Below are positions 1 through 12,985 of a stretch of DNA of 64,000 bases, piece by piece. The stretch is from positions 49,726,001 through 49,790,000 of the forward strand of contig NC_087437.1 of the NCBI RefSeq assembly GCF_036321535.1, written 5' to 3'. The first letter of the stretch is position 1. Every line of letters starts with the position of its first letter. The notes below the pieces were generated by a model. That model worked only from the letters and a program-made list of their open reading frames with translations, ran no database searches and was not told the origin of the DNA. The position numbers and the translations under genes are program-made. This stretch comes from Camelus dromedarius. Lineage: Eukaryota.

Positions 1-859
1 ACAAATGGGCAAAGTGATATGAATTAAGTCACTCCCCAGCCTTGCTGGCTTAATGCTAATGTGGACAAAGCTTAAATGGCTAATTCTACCTAGAAAGGAA
101 GGTTTGAAGAGCCATCTCCTTTCTATTCTTTTGACCCCTTTGCCGGCTAGAGTGGTTTTTTTTTTTTTTTTAGTTTGTATGGAAAATAAATACCCAGAAA
201 AAGATTGCTAGGTATTTCTTTCCTTTGGTTTATTTTCTTCAGCCAAAGTATAAGACCTTACTTAGATGACTAGCAATTAAGGAATTTTTGTGGTTTATTT
301 CCTGATCTAACTGCTTACTTCCGAAGAAAGCAATTCTGACAAGCTTGCGTTAACCTGGATCTTACCAAAATTGTAGAGTCAGAAACATTTTTGAAAGATT
401 TAGGTAGAATAGTCAGGCTGGAATTTTAACAATAAAGTACATCTTAAGGTTGCTTTTCCTAGATCACACGGACTTTACCTTTTCCCCTTGGATACTTATT
501 TTGTAGAAAATAAACCTTTTTTCCATGCATTAACTTCATATTTCAACAACACTGCAGACCTGCAGCTGAACTAGAAGATGAGTAATCAAATCAACAGTAA
601 TTCTACTTACAGTAATATTTTGAATTAATAAAACCCTTTACTTGCAAAGAGCTCAACATTTTTTTTATCAGTTTGATCTCATTGCTCTGTAAGCATTAGC
701 TGAATATGGGTTTAAATTTTACTTCTTTTTCGAAGCATTATTATAAGGAAGCAATGAACTTTAAAAAATCTGTTTTCTAGGAGGAGAAACTCAGAGAAAT
801 CACATTCAGTGTTAAGATGCACAATTGCATCTTCCTGATTATAGTTAGTGCTGGGTAGT

Positions 860-1300
860 GCCGGTATCAAGTGAGGCATGACTCAGCAGTTGGAGAATGC
901 CCCCAAGGATCAGATATTTTCATGTCTCTGTTTGCTGTGGGTTTGCTGGCTTCATTCTAAGAGGCTTTGCTTATTGTTAAAGGTGACTGCTGCCACCGCC
1001 TAGGGCTGTTTGCTGCCTGGCTGACCCAGCAGATGAGTGTGGCCATCTTTGCTCCGGTCTTCCCTGCAGAAGTGTTGAGGCTCATTCTGATTAGACTGGC
1101 CTAATCATGGCTTAGGGAAGCCCAGGGACCATGTCCATTGGCTAGGAGAAGGCAGGATGCTCACTGGCTTAGCTAGGCTCTCTATCTGGGATTCTGGGGC
1201 AGAATCAGCTTCACCCAGAGCACATGGTCCAAGATTGGGGTGAGGAGAAGTTCCCTTGGAGCAAAATTAGAGTGCCTACTAGGTAGAAAAAACCCAGCTG
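860..1300 (-). mobile_element. Old MaLR LTR (MLT1J/K-like)
   Basis: Diverged MLT1-type motifs: ggcttcattct, ctcattctgattagactggc, cattggct, ctggggcagaatcagcttcacccagagcacatgg. Confidence 0.6.
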
Positions 1301-1464
1301 AAATACAGAAATGTCCATGAGACTGATCACCAATTTGTATAGTCAGGCTTTGGGAAACACTGTTGAAAGTGGAAGAGGGGTGGGAGTGGGAGGGTGGGTG
1401 AGAGATTGGAGGTACTGAGGGTCACTGAGCAGGAATGTGACAGAGTCAAAATTGCAATTTAGGC

Positions 1465-1690
1465 ACTTAATAATAATAATGGTAATAATATCTTGCATGA
1501 CTAGTGCTTTATATTTTCCAATGTGCTTTCACTTACCTGTGCCCTTTGGATCCATCCTCTTGTGAAGTAGGAGGGGTAGGTATTATAGCTATTTTGCAGA
1601 TTAAATTGGAGTGCAGAGAAATTATTTACAGCTAATGACAGAGCTAGAATGACAATTCAAGTGACATATTTCTTTTTTCACTGTATCATC
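1465..1690 (-). mobile_element. MIR SINE
   Basis: Antisense MIR pattern: taataataat...gtgcttt...ggtattatagctattttgcagat...gacagagctagaat. Confidence 0.65.
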
Positions 1691-1761
1691 ATGAATAATA
1701 TAAATTATTATTAGATCAACTTTATGAAAAAAGATTATTCAGTTTTTTTTGAAGGTTTTCT

Positions 1762-2460
1762 TAATTCATTTATAAGACATTTATTGAATGCCAGCTATGT
1801 GCCAGGTATCACGTTAGGTGCTGGGGGCTCAAGGAACTTATTCAGAGGTAATAACAAACAAGCCACGATGCTGGGTCATTAGCTAAATGAAAGCACAGGT
1901 GGCACAACACAAATCTAGTCTCGAGAGAGGTGAAGGGGCTACCAGGGAAGTCTCATGGAATAGATAATGCCTCGGCTAAAACCTTAAAGACAAATAGGAG
2001 TAAGCCAGATGAAAGGATGGAAGGCTAAGAGTTGTGAGGAATAATGCTTTCCAACAGAAGAAACAGCATGTGCAAAGGTCCTGGGGTGAGAGCACAGAAT
2101 GTAGACAAACTGCACAGCATTGAATATGGCTGGAGCATCAAGTGCCAGAGATTGAGATGAAGGAAGCTAGAAGAATTGACTGTGGGCACACCATGAAATA
2201 TCTTGAATGCTTTGGGCTTTACTGAGGGAATGGTGGGATATGGAAAGGATTCAGAAAAGTCATTCAACTTACAGAAGGAAAAATGGATGGGAGCAGGAGG
2301 GAGGGAGTGGAGAAAGGCAGGGGAAGAAATGGGACAGGAAGACCATTATGACCGTTTCAGTTACTGGAGTGAGGTGGTGATGGCCTGAATTAAAAGTGTC
2401 AGAGGAAGAAAGAAATAAGTATTTGGATTTGCATGATGTTAAAATCGCAAACTTACAAAA
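1762..2460 (-). mobile_element. L2 LINE 3' fragment
   Basis: Starts with the reverse complement of the L2 3' tail (catttattgaatgccagctatgtgccagg...gtgctggg); includes cagcatgtgcaaaggtcctgggg. Confidence 0.8.
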
Positions 2461-4094
2461 CATTATTTTGCCCCAAAGAAATAATAACAAGTGATGTCTA
2501 TTCAGAAGTCTTAATTTTATCCCTTCATTCAAGTTTCACTTAAAAAAAAAAATTCCATTGGGCTTGCTTCATTCAGCAAGCATTTATTGAGAACCTATTA
2601 TAAGTCAGATATTCTAGTACTGCCCAGATGTTGGCATTCTGTCAGTTTAAATTGCTTAAAATACACACATTTGCATCTTTTAGATTTATCACAAAGTCAG
2701 TCAGTATCCGTCCTATTTTACTTCATTCAGAATTGTTCTGAATTCATATTATTTTGAGTGTAAGAGAAAGGTTTTCAGAGAGAGGTGTGGGATAACTCGT
2801 TTTTGAGAACCATTCCTAGGAAAAAAACTTGTTTATTCTTCTGATGGTATCTGGGAAAAAGGTGAAGAAGTGTATTGAATATATCACTTTACCGATTTAT
2901 ATAACTGTGTAAAATCACTGAAAAAAATCACTCCCAAAGCATTTCATGGTGCTTGCTCAAATGTCAAAATTAAGACAAATCAATATTGCCACAGATGCAA
3001 ATGAGGAAAAGTATTTAGTTTCTGAAGAGAATAAAAAGATTTAGGCAAACACGAAGTATGTGTTTACTAATTAATTCAGCTAAATTTTGATGAAGTCCGA
3101 TGCTTAAAAACATTCTGTTTATTTATGGAATTAAAAGTCTACACACTCCTTCATTATCAGCAGCCTGGTTATATTCTTCACCCAGGTATCAGCTTTTTCA
3201 GTAATCTCTAGGCTGTTACAGTGCTTTAAGACTCTGGCTGATAAAGGCAATTCTAATTTAGTGTTGATGTTAATTATCAGTAATATTAAATGAATATATT
3301 GGAGCTATTTACATGTGTCATTCATAGTTGTTGTATTCTAAAGAAAATGATTATAATTGTTCTTATAGTTATCATATTTCATGCTTCTGCAGTGAAAATC
3401 TTTTTTTTTTTTTTTGGTTTTGTTTTGGGAATATCTTAATGAGAAAAAGGCTTACAGTATTTTGAAATGTTCACAAGGCACCAAATAGTACTTTCTAATT
3501 AATTTGTCATATTTTATTAGAAAATTCTTTTGTGCTACTTTGTTTCTGAGCACATGTAAACCAGATGAAAAAGGAAAAATGGGGTAGTCAATCCATCTTC
3601 TTTAACTGATAACTAGCGAAGAGATTATAATATTCAACAAAAAACAGAATACCTCTGAGATTTGAACAACGTTTATGTTTCTCTGCATTTGCTGTTAGTT
3701 CTGTTAGGGACTGAAATATCCAAACATGAAACATAGCTTTTTTTGCCTAAATATTACCATATTAGAATCCTGACTCACTGTGAACCTATAGGATAACCTG
3801 TTTTTATAGTACCCTTTCCCTAAACTGACAGCATCTCACTCTATCCTATATTGAATAAAAACATGTATTTCTAACTTGTGGTTTATCTACCTGCGAGAGA
3901 CACCTGTTTCAAAGTTTCAAAGTTGATTCAATATTCAAAACTTTGCTAAGGTAATAAATCTGCCTGATACTTGTTTGAATGGGCTTCTGTAGAATAATGC
4001 CTATTATTGAGTGCAACTGGGGGAATGAGGTGTTCCCAAATAGGTGAAATTCAAAGTTTTAATTCATTTTCACCCTGAACACTCCTCTTCATCA

Positions 4095-4350
4095 TCCAAG
4101 GATCAACTCAACATTGCTTTTGCTGGAAATCCTTCCCTGATATCTGTGCCAGTCCTGGTCAGAGTTTATGCTCCTTTTTTCGTATGGCCACTCCATTTTG
4201 TACTTTAAGCCTCTCTTTTACTCATCTGTCCTTTTCAGCCTCCTGCCTCCCCTGTCTGTGGGCTGTAAACTCACCGAGTGTTGGACTCTCATGCTCATCT
4301 TTGTGCTTTCAATGTCTTAACTAAGGCCATGTCTCATACATATAATAGAT
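4095..4350 (+). mobile_element. L2 3' fragment
   Basis: ccaaggatcaactcaac...ccttccctga...ctgtaaactc...catctttgtgc is typical of an L2 3' end. Confidence 0.55.
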
Positions 4351-4869
4351 TCTCATCACTTCATAGAAGCCATTTGAAAACAGGCCATACATTTTCCTAC
4401 TTTCTTGAATAATGTTTACCAAAACTAATAATAATAAAATTTTTGATCGCTTAGACTTATCACTGTGAGCCCCAGAGATTTGTAAACCCTCTGAATATGT
4501 GTCTGTCTGTCTCCTTGCACCTGGCCCAGCTGCCTAGGGTTTGTGTGCCCTAGCAAGCTCCTGGGAGGAGGGGGGCTCTTGGTGTCAGATTCTAGACCTG
4601 TTGCAGAATCCCCTGGGATCCTCTGAGCTGACTCCTAACATCAGGGTGTCTGCTTCTCAGCACTTTAATTGGCCCTCATCTCTGTGTTGTCTCGGTCTGT
4701 TAAGAGTGATGCTGTCAACTAGAAATGCGTGGGGCACTCACCCATCCCATATTACCTGTAGTCAGCTTTGCAAACATTTCCCCAGCCAGGTCAATGTTAT
4801 GGCTGGACCAGCCCTTGTGGTTCTTATTATGATTGCAGGACGTACTTCAGCAACATTCATCAGGGAGCT

Positions 4870-5195
4870 TTGAGAAATGATATGTGTTCCCTGCAGATCC
4901 TGGAGGGTACAAGGCACACCTGAGGGCCACACAGCCAGGTTGTGGAGAGAGAGAGAGAGCTCAGATCTGGGGCTCTGCCTTTATGGTCAGAGGGTGGGGT
5001 GTCTAGGATTTCACAGTTCACTCTTTATTGGCTAATTTAAAGCATAAGAGCAGGAATTAGGGCTCAGGAAGAGAGAAACATGATCCGTCAAGCCGTCCAT
5101 TATCTAGGTTACCCAGAGCTTCTGAAAGAGTCACCTTCCTGGGTGGGGGCAGCCTGATACCTAATTTGATCGTTTTGCTAGTAGCTGGCACTTAC
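4870..5195. mobile_element. ERV-class LTR fragment (MER76-like, tentative)
   Basis: ggggctctgcctttat...gagggtgggg...cactctttattggctaatttaaagcataagagcaggaatt resembles a recalled ERVL-type LTR consensus. Confidence 0.45.
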
Positions 5196-6379
5196 ACTCC
5201 ACTCTGCCACCTCCAACGGTCCCCTCTTTTTTCCTTTCAGTTTAAGCAATTGTTGGCTCTTAAACCAACTGTCCTGGTTTTCAGAGCTCTCACCATCATT
5301 TCTCCCAATACATAAGCCAACTGCTCCCAGCACATCTTAGGGCATCTTTTTGGCTAGTTTCATTACTGTTTATTTTTCAACTGTCTGATTCCTTGTTTCC
5401 TTTTTACTCTCTATTGACAGAAAAGTCCTAACATAAAAAAAAAAAAAACCCAGAAAAACCGTAGACTCAATTTCATTCTGAATGCTTAAGCTGAATGTAT
5501 AATGTCTATAGAAAACTGCTTTCTAGAAGATAGACCTGTGACTATAATTGATTCTCACGTCAAATGATTCCTTAAAATTTAATTTTGTGTCTAAAGGAAA
5601 AACAAATATAATTCAACTTTGAAAAGGGAAAAATAGGATGTTGTAAAGGTACCAAATTCATTTCAAGTAATTCTACAATTTTTTTTTTACTTAAAGTCAT
5701 CTTAGGATGAGATCTTTGTCCATTTCTTTCAAATTCTTCCAAGACTCTCAATGGTCTTTATTTTAGTTTCCCATGACTCTTATATTAGAATACACTTCTG
5801 ATAGTTAACACAAATATTTCCTACAGTGATTTTTGCCCCTTCTTTACTGCACAGTTTGCAGTGAAAATGCAGATTCTTCACTTACTATCAATTATAGTTC
5901 ATCCCTTCAAAAACGTGCGGACTCCTATAGCTTATTATTCTCTGAGCCAAAAAACTCATTAGTTTTTTAAACTTCACTTTTGGGAGTCAGAAACAAATCT
6001 GCTGTTTTCCCCTCTAATTGTCGCTCCTTTCCAAGATGCACATTAGAGCAGCCTTTCTGAAAATAAGATTTTTGAACCACCAGCATCAGAATTGACATAT
6101 CCAGAATTTACTGAAAAGGAAAAGTGCCTCAAAATTGCACTTTATATATTCATTTATCCAGCATCTCACTTTGTATAAAAATAAACGTAACACCAACAAT
6201 CAATAACTAAATTTAGATTGTGGTTCACTCTGAGCCCCTGACTTTGTTCCTTACCTATTCAGAATCAGTCTGTTTCATTACGAGTTGTTGTGTTGAAAAG
6301 ACACTACAGAGGTCAAGTAATACTTCTCAGTCATTTTTGAGGAATTGTCTTGCTCTTCCAATCTCAGTTTGGATTCTCT

Positions 6380-7256
6380 TTTCTCTCCATACTCTTTCTG
6401 GATAGATGCCTCTAGTCTCATGGATGTATATAAGCTGATGGCTTCCAAATTTAAAACTCTGGCCTCGCCTCTCCCCTGGAGTCAGAACTGTTACTCAATT
6501 ATCTCCTTGGCATCTCCATTTGAACATCTAATGTACATCTCATGTTCAGCACGACTGAAGTTTAATTTTTGATTTCCATCCCAACATCCAAAACCCATGC
6601 TTCTTCAAGTCTTCTCCATTCCAATGAGTGGCATGATAGTCATTCATTTTCTCACCCGGAAACCTAGGAGTCATTTCAGATTCTTCTCATTCTCTTACCC
6701 CTTTTATCTAGTCCATTAGCAGGTCCTGTTGGAATGACATCCAACATATATTCTGAACCCTGACCACTTCTCACCCCCTTCACCACCACCATGCTGGTCC
6801 AAGCCCCCCTTCCCCTTGGCCAGTTCTACAACAGCCTCGTCACACTTTTTGTGGCTCTCACTACTCCCATCCACTCAGCAAGCAGCAGAGTCACCACTGT
6901 ATGGCTTTAGTCACAATGCTACTGCTCAAAACCCTCCAGGGGCTTCACACTTAGGACAAAACCTAAAGTTTCCCCCGTGGCCTACAAGGCCTGTGTGATG
7001 TAGCCTGCCTACTTCTCCCATCTCATCTCCCACCACTCTGTCCTAGCATGTTCCTAACTCAGGGTCTTTGGACTTGATGTTGTTTCTGTCTGGAATGCCA
7101 TTCCCCCAGCTATCCGCCTGACTTTCTCCATCAATTCCCTAAGGTCTCTGCCCACACATCACCTTATCCCAGGGGGCTTTCCTATCCAAATAGCCATCCT
7201 TCCATCACGCCCTACTTTTTTACTCTTCAAAATGTATATACTACCCAGCATTATAC
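6380..7256 (+). mobile_element. L2a LINE, 5' part (interrupted by an L1)
   Basis: Colinear L2a motifs: ctgatggcttccaaattt, catctccatttgaacatctaat, aaacctaggagtcat, ctggtccaagcc, ctcaaaaccctccaggggctt, ctggaatgcc. Confidence 0.85.
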
Positions 7257-7265
7257 TATTACATA

Positions 7266-7848
7266 TATTTTTTTAAAAAATTGAACTATAGTCATTTTGC
7301 AATGTTGTATCAATTTCCAGTGTACAATACACTGTTTCAGTTATACATATACATACATACATTCATTTTCTTATTCTTTTTCATTATAGGTTACTGCAAG
7401 ATACTGAATATATTTCCCTGTGCTATACCAAAGAAGCTTGTATATCTATTTTTTGTATAGTATCATCTGCAAATCTCAAACTTCCAATTTATCCCTTCCC
7501 ACCCCCTTTCCCTGCTGGTAACCATAAGTTTGCTTTGTATGTCTGAGTCTGTTTCTGTTTTGTAAATAAGTTAATTTGTATCTTTTTTTTTTTTTTAGAT
7601 TCCACCTATGAGTGATATCATATGGTATTTTTCTTTCTCTTTCTGGCTTACCTCACTTAAAATGATGATATCTAGGTCCATCCATGTTGCTGCAAACGGC
7701 ATTATTTCATTCTTCTTTATGGCCAAGTAGTATTCCATTATATGTATATTTACCACAACTTCTTTATCCAGCCATCTGTTGATGGACATTTAGTTTGCTT
7801 CCATGTCTTGGCTACTGTATATAGTGCTGCTGTAAACATTAGGGTGCA
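7266..7848 (-). mobile_element. Young 5'-truncated L1 (ORF2 C-terminus + 3' UTR), camelid-type
   Basis: ORF 7595..7789 gives EYYLAIKKNEIMPFAATWMDLDIIILSEVSQKEKEKYHMISLIGGI, the canonical L1 ORF2p C-terminus; flanked by tattacata at 7257-7265 and 7849-7857 (TSD). Confidence 0.95.
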
Positions 7849-7857
7849 TATTACATA

Positions 7858-7990
7858 CTTATTTTTGATGTCTGCTATCTGCATTGCTCTTGTCTGTGTT
7901 ACTCTACTGGAAACACCACTCCTTGTTCACTATTGTTCTCCAGAGCCTAGAACAGTACCCACACATAGTATCTGTTGTATGAATAAATTT
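7858..7990 (+). mobile_element. L2a 3' end (continuation after the L1 insertion)
   Basis: cttgttcactattgttctccagagcctagaacagtacccacacatagtatctgttgtatgaataaat is an L2 terminus. Confidence 0.8.
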
Positions 7991-10900
7991 AATCCAGGCC
8001 CCTTCTTCATACAATACTTCAGTTAAACTATGGCTGGAAGTTTGAAATAAACCATCCTGAAAATTTTCCATGACGTAAAATGACAACGAGATGATTCAGC
8101 TTTGGATGATCACTAAAACAGCATGTTAGCCTCTCTTCTATCGTATGAAAGTGCTTCCTCCAGTCTGATGAGCTTTATTCTCTTATGGAAACTCCTCTCT
8201 TCAAATGGGCTGAGTGTTCCTACCGTCTCTGGGCCAGGCCCTCCACCCACCTAGCCCCAAATCTAAATCATAACACAGTTATAATTGTTTTCATTATCTG
8301 ATATCACTGTGAATCTGTGGGTACAAGTTATCTACAGAATCTCCTCTAAGGCATTTCTTGGTCTTGGTTTCTGATTTATAGGTTAGAGCTATTTTAGACA
8401 TGTTTAGTCATATTTTTACTCCCTGAGCAGCAAGGAAATATGTTACCTTGGATGTCAGGAGGGATATAAAAGCTCCTTTTACTTAATTCAGCATTATCAG
8501 CCGTGCTTATGTAGGTAGTTGAATGTATTACGCCCAGAATTTAGTATATGCATTAAATATGATAAGTTCACCAGGAAGTGTAAAAATAGAACAAAATACA
8601 ACACTTTACTCGCAGATTGGAAGTGAGGTGATTGGTATGTTAATTAAAGGTGACCTCAGCACTCTTAACATTAACCTCCTGATTTTCTCCAGTGTTTCAG
8701 GTAGGAAAAAAAATTATTCTTCAATATTCCTAAGAATGAGATTGGATAAAGGACACAAATGAAGTTCAGACCAAGTACAAAAACATGAGCTCCTTCTCCT
8801 GGCTGCTCAACTAATGCAGACTTAGTCTGAGGATGAGATAACTATCTCAATAGCCATTCCATCGCTCAGACTTCAAATTACAGTAATTATGACAATTTGT
8901 ACCAGTAGCCATGAGGTGGGATTTTTGATGTGGTTAAAAATAACATCTGTAAAACCCAATAAAAATTACATTTTGCTAATTTTCTGATAAGATACTGTTT
9001 TAAGGTACTGTGTCATTTGCCGCTGCCCATTTTCAATTAGAGCATTCCTTTAAAAAAATTTTTTTTAACCCATTTTGTCTCCTGATTCCGATTCCATTCT
9101 CAGCAATCCATTTGTTTTAATGCTCTTAATTAATTGTTTTGTGTGAATTTTGCCTTTCAGACTGATGCTAATCTTTGAGACTTTATTAACTTGCTAAATC
9201 TTGATACAAAAGGACCAATAGTCATCCTTAGATTCTTCTTTCTGGCTTAGAAAACCGAGTTCCTGCAGAGGCCTGCTCAGCCCAGTCAGTGCAGAAAAAG
9301 ACAATGGTGAAATGAGTAATGGGGCTGGGTCTGCAGTTCCGCCCAGCGTGGAAATGGTTAGCTCATCCTAGGGACACAATCGTTGGTGACGGCTCACCAA
9401 GAGTTCCCCTAAGTGCATTTTAAGTGTTTCCCGTGTCTTCTAATGCTGTGTTTCCTTAAACCCTTTCCTAGGTTAATTTCTGATAAAACAATTTACATAT
9501 TTTCCTATGTTTTTACTGCATGGATGATAAAATTGCTGTTCAGTGTGCTCAAGCAGCCTACCTGAGCTTGGTCAGGTGGAGGGTGAGGACCAAAGGCAGG
9601 GCGAGCAGTAAGGGCCTGTGAGTCTCCTTCTGTTGCTCTTTCAGTCAGATCAGGTGGCCTCTAAGCCAGTAACCGTGCGAGGAGGACCCACTCAGGGACC
9701 CTCAGGAATCATTCTGCTTTACTTTGGCTCTTCTCTCTACTCTGTTTTTCCATCTAAACAAATAAACTCTCCCTTGATCCAGCAGGACCCTACGCTACCA
9801 CCTCATCTCTTTCCTTTCCTTCCCTTCAAATCTATAATTTTTAAAAGAATGGACTGCTCTTGTTGGTTCCACATCCTCACAATCACTCAGCAATGCGCCC
9901 CCGCCCCTCCGAGACTGGCTGATGACAGTGTTCCCCGATTCCAGCATTTCCCCTCCGCTCCTGTCTTCACCACTCTGCTCATCTCTCCCCTGACCAAGCG
10001 GACACTGGGTGAGACGGGAAAGAGGAGGTATTCATTCACCCATCATCAATTGCTGGGATCATGAACGTTAGCACGACAAACACAATTCCTGTCCTCACAG
10101 AGCTTACAGTGTCTTGGGCCTGTTCTGTCTGAGGTGAATGATTAAATCTCCTTCTTACTTCCTGGAGTTCCTCTGTCTCTCTACCTCAGTTATGTGTACA
10201 TATTCCTCTCACTCAAAAATAAAATTTTATTTTACTATAAAGACTATAGGTCAATACTTGTATTCCTTTACGTATATGAACTTCTGAAACACAAGGGCTA
10301 ACACAATAGCCTTGCTATTAAGTATCAAAATACAAGTTATATTCTCTAGCAGAATGACTCTAGCATTATCTCTCTCCTCCAATACTGGTGTTTTCTCTGT
10401 GTGCCTGTGCAGGGTTAGAGTTTAAATGTAATATTTTATGAGGTATTTCTCGGTTGATATTTATCTATGAAGACATTTTCTTACTTTGCCATTATTGACA
10501 AGTTTCAAACACTCAAAAGCTTGTTTTTTTAAAAAAAATCAACATTCAGGGATTCAACTTTTGCTCCATTCTCTCCCGCTTGCAATAAATAATCTCTTGC
10601 TGACTGGGAAAACCATTGATTTTAATACTTTTAATGCTTTTCTGTCAACAAATTCATTCCCTGAACTACCTTAAGCTTTCTTGTTGGAAACAGACATTTT
10701 CAGTTTACTTTAAGTCAAAAATACAAACATTCTCTTTAGAGTGACCCAAAGTTCGGTGGTTGTTTTATTTCATTTATGCTTTTGTTCACTTGTCTTAGAG
10801 TTTGAAGACACAGACATGCTAAGAAATCAGCCCTTCCTGGAGGTTTGAATGACTTGTTAGGAAAGCCGGCTCTGTCTGTGCCTGGGATATGAATAAATAG

Positions 10901-11687
10901 GGCATGAACACTTTTGGTCATCTGAGGAACCCCCACAGAGATCTAAAGGATCCTTCCATATTTATCATAAAGGTATCTGAGAAGAAATAGCCGTCTTCAG
11001 TCATTATCTCAATGACCTGCCACACAGAGGTCTGATTTCAGGAGGAACAGTGAACAAGGGCCAAACTCTTCAACTTCATTTAAGCCACAGCTCTGGCCTT
11101 GCAGGAGCAGCGCTAAGTGGATGGAAGGAGACAGAGGTCAGCAGGATGGGGGTGCTGACCTTTCACTCCATTTCCCCCATGTCCACCCAGGACGTAGGTC
11201 CTCAGAACTGCCAGGGCAGGGGCCGCATCTGCTTTGCTATCATGATCCCTTCATCTGGTGAACTCTGATCAGTGGGAGTGGTTTCAGGAGAACGTTTTTG
11301 TTTCAGTTGCTTTGAGTTGTAAAGTAAGTGGCAAGTGAAAAGATGAAGACGAATGTGGCCTTTTCTTTCAAGAAGTTTGATTGAATAAGGATGGGATGAT
11401 GACTAAAGGAACCGTGGAGTCAGATACGGTGCGTTTTTTGGCAGGGGCTGGGGGCTGGCGGCATCTTAAACATGTTTATAAGAGAAGCAAAGAGGTGGAG
11501 GAGGAGGTTAAGGAGAGAGTACTGACAGATTGAGGTCCAGGAGGAACGATACAGGACAAAGCCACACTTCCACACTCTCTCCCATGTGGGATGAGAGCAT
11601 CAGATTCCAGAATCTTTTGACCCTCATAGGAAAGTCTTCTCTTGCTTTCATTTCTCAGACCTTCCCGGTTTAAAATTCCTAATTCTG

Positions 11688-11784
11688 TATGAAAAGGAAT
11701 ATATATATATTCATATATGACTGAAAAATTGTGCTGAACACCAGAAATTGACACAACATTGTAAACTGACTATAACTCAATTAA
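11688..11784 (+). mobile_element. Very short young L1 3' end
   Basis: caccagaaattgacacaacattgtaaactgactataactcaattaaaaaa matches the tails of the other young L1s here; TSD aaaattcctaattctg (11672-11687) vs aaaagtccttattctg (11785-11800). Confidence 0.85.
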
Positions 11785-12476
11785 AAAAGTCCTTATTCTG
11801 GAAAAACGAAAGTAAAGGAAAAGAGAATTCCATTAAAAGCACCAAACAGAATAAACAAATACATGCATATATATATGAATTATTTACAAATATATGTGAT
11901 TTATATATAAATATACATTGTATAAAAATACATTATATATATAATATATGTATCTATAGAGATGAATCTATGTAGAGATACATACTAGAATATCACATGA
12001 TGTCTAGATTAAAAAAAAAACCTAGTTTGGGAGAGATCAAAAAGTATAATGGAATAAGATTGACCATGAATATTATCTACTTTCGTATGTATTTAAAGTT
12101 TTACTTAATACAAATATTTTATAAAGCACTAAAGAGTTGCTAAAGTCAAATGTCCCTTATTTACTCACCCCCGAGTTTTATTTTTAAGCTACCCATATTT
12201 TCCTGAAGAAAATGAAATGCATTAGCTTGTCAGATCTTGCCCAGGCTACAATGATAGTTGATCGGGTGCCTTAATGTCTTGGGTGAAAATTGCACCAGGG
12301 GACTTTTTAAAAAATTCTCAATCTCTTTAATTTTGTGGTCTGATAGGCAAATAAGTTAACTACTTTTTTAAATTGACAGTTTTAAAGATTATTACTCACA
12401 TTGAACATCTCTCACATGCTAATTGACTATTTATGTTTCTTCCTCTGTGATTGGCTCTTTTATATTTTCTGCCAAT

Positions 12477-12985
12477 TGTATTAGTTTCCCATGGCTGCTG
12501 TAACAAACAATAACAAACTTGGTGGTTTAGAACAACAGAATGTATCCTCTCGCAGTTCTGGAGATGAGAAGTTAAAATCAGCATCACAGAGCAGAGATCA
12601 AGATGTCAGCAGGGCTGCACTCTCTCTGGAGACACTAAGGGTAAATGTTTACCTCTTCCAGCTGCTGGTGGCTGCCAGCATTCCTTGGCTTGTGGCTGTA
12701 TCACTCCAAACTTCAAGGCCAGCATTTTCAGTTGAAGAGCTCTCTCAGCTTTGTCTTCATATTATATTCTCTCTCTGTTTGTCTCTGCCTTCTTTTTATA
12801 AGGATACATGTGATCACATCTAGGGGCCACTCAGATAATTCAAAATAATCTCCCCATTTCAATATCCTTAATTTACTCATGCCTTCCAAGATCTTTTTTT
12901 CCCTTCTGCAAATAAAGTAATATTTACAAGTTCCAGAGATTAGGCTGTGGATCTCTTTTGGAGGGCCATTTTTCAGTCTACCACA
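12477..12985 (-). mobile_element. MaLR solo LTR (MLT1C-like), within an old L1 fragment
   Basis: Runs tgtattagtttcccatggctgctgtaacaa ... tggtggctgccagcattccttggcttgtggc ... ttcagtctaccaca; L1-like sequence flanks it at ~12395-12476 and ~13020-13100. Confidence 0.9.

Noticed and set aside
7595..7789. 64-aa ORF with clear protein similarity
   Set aside because: It is the L1 ORF2p C-terminus in a truncated insertion, not a host gene
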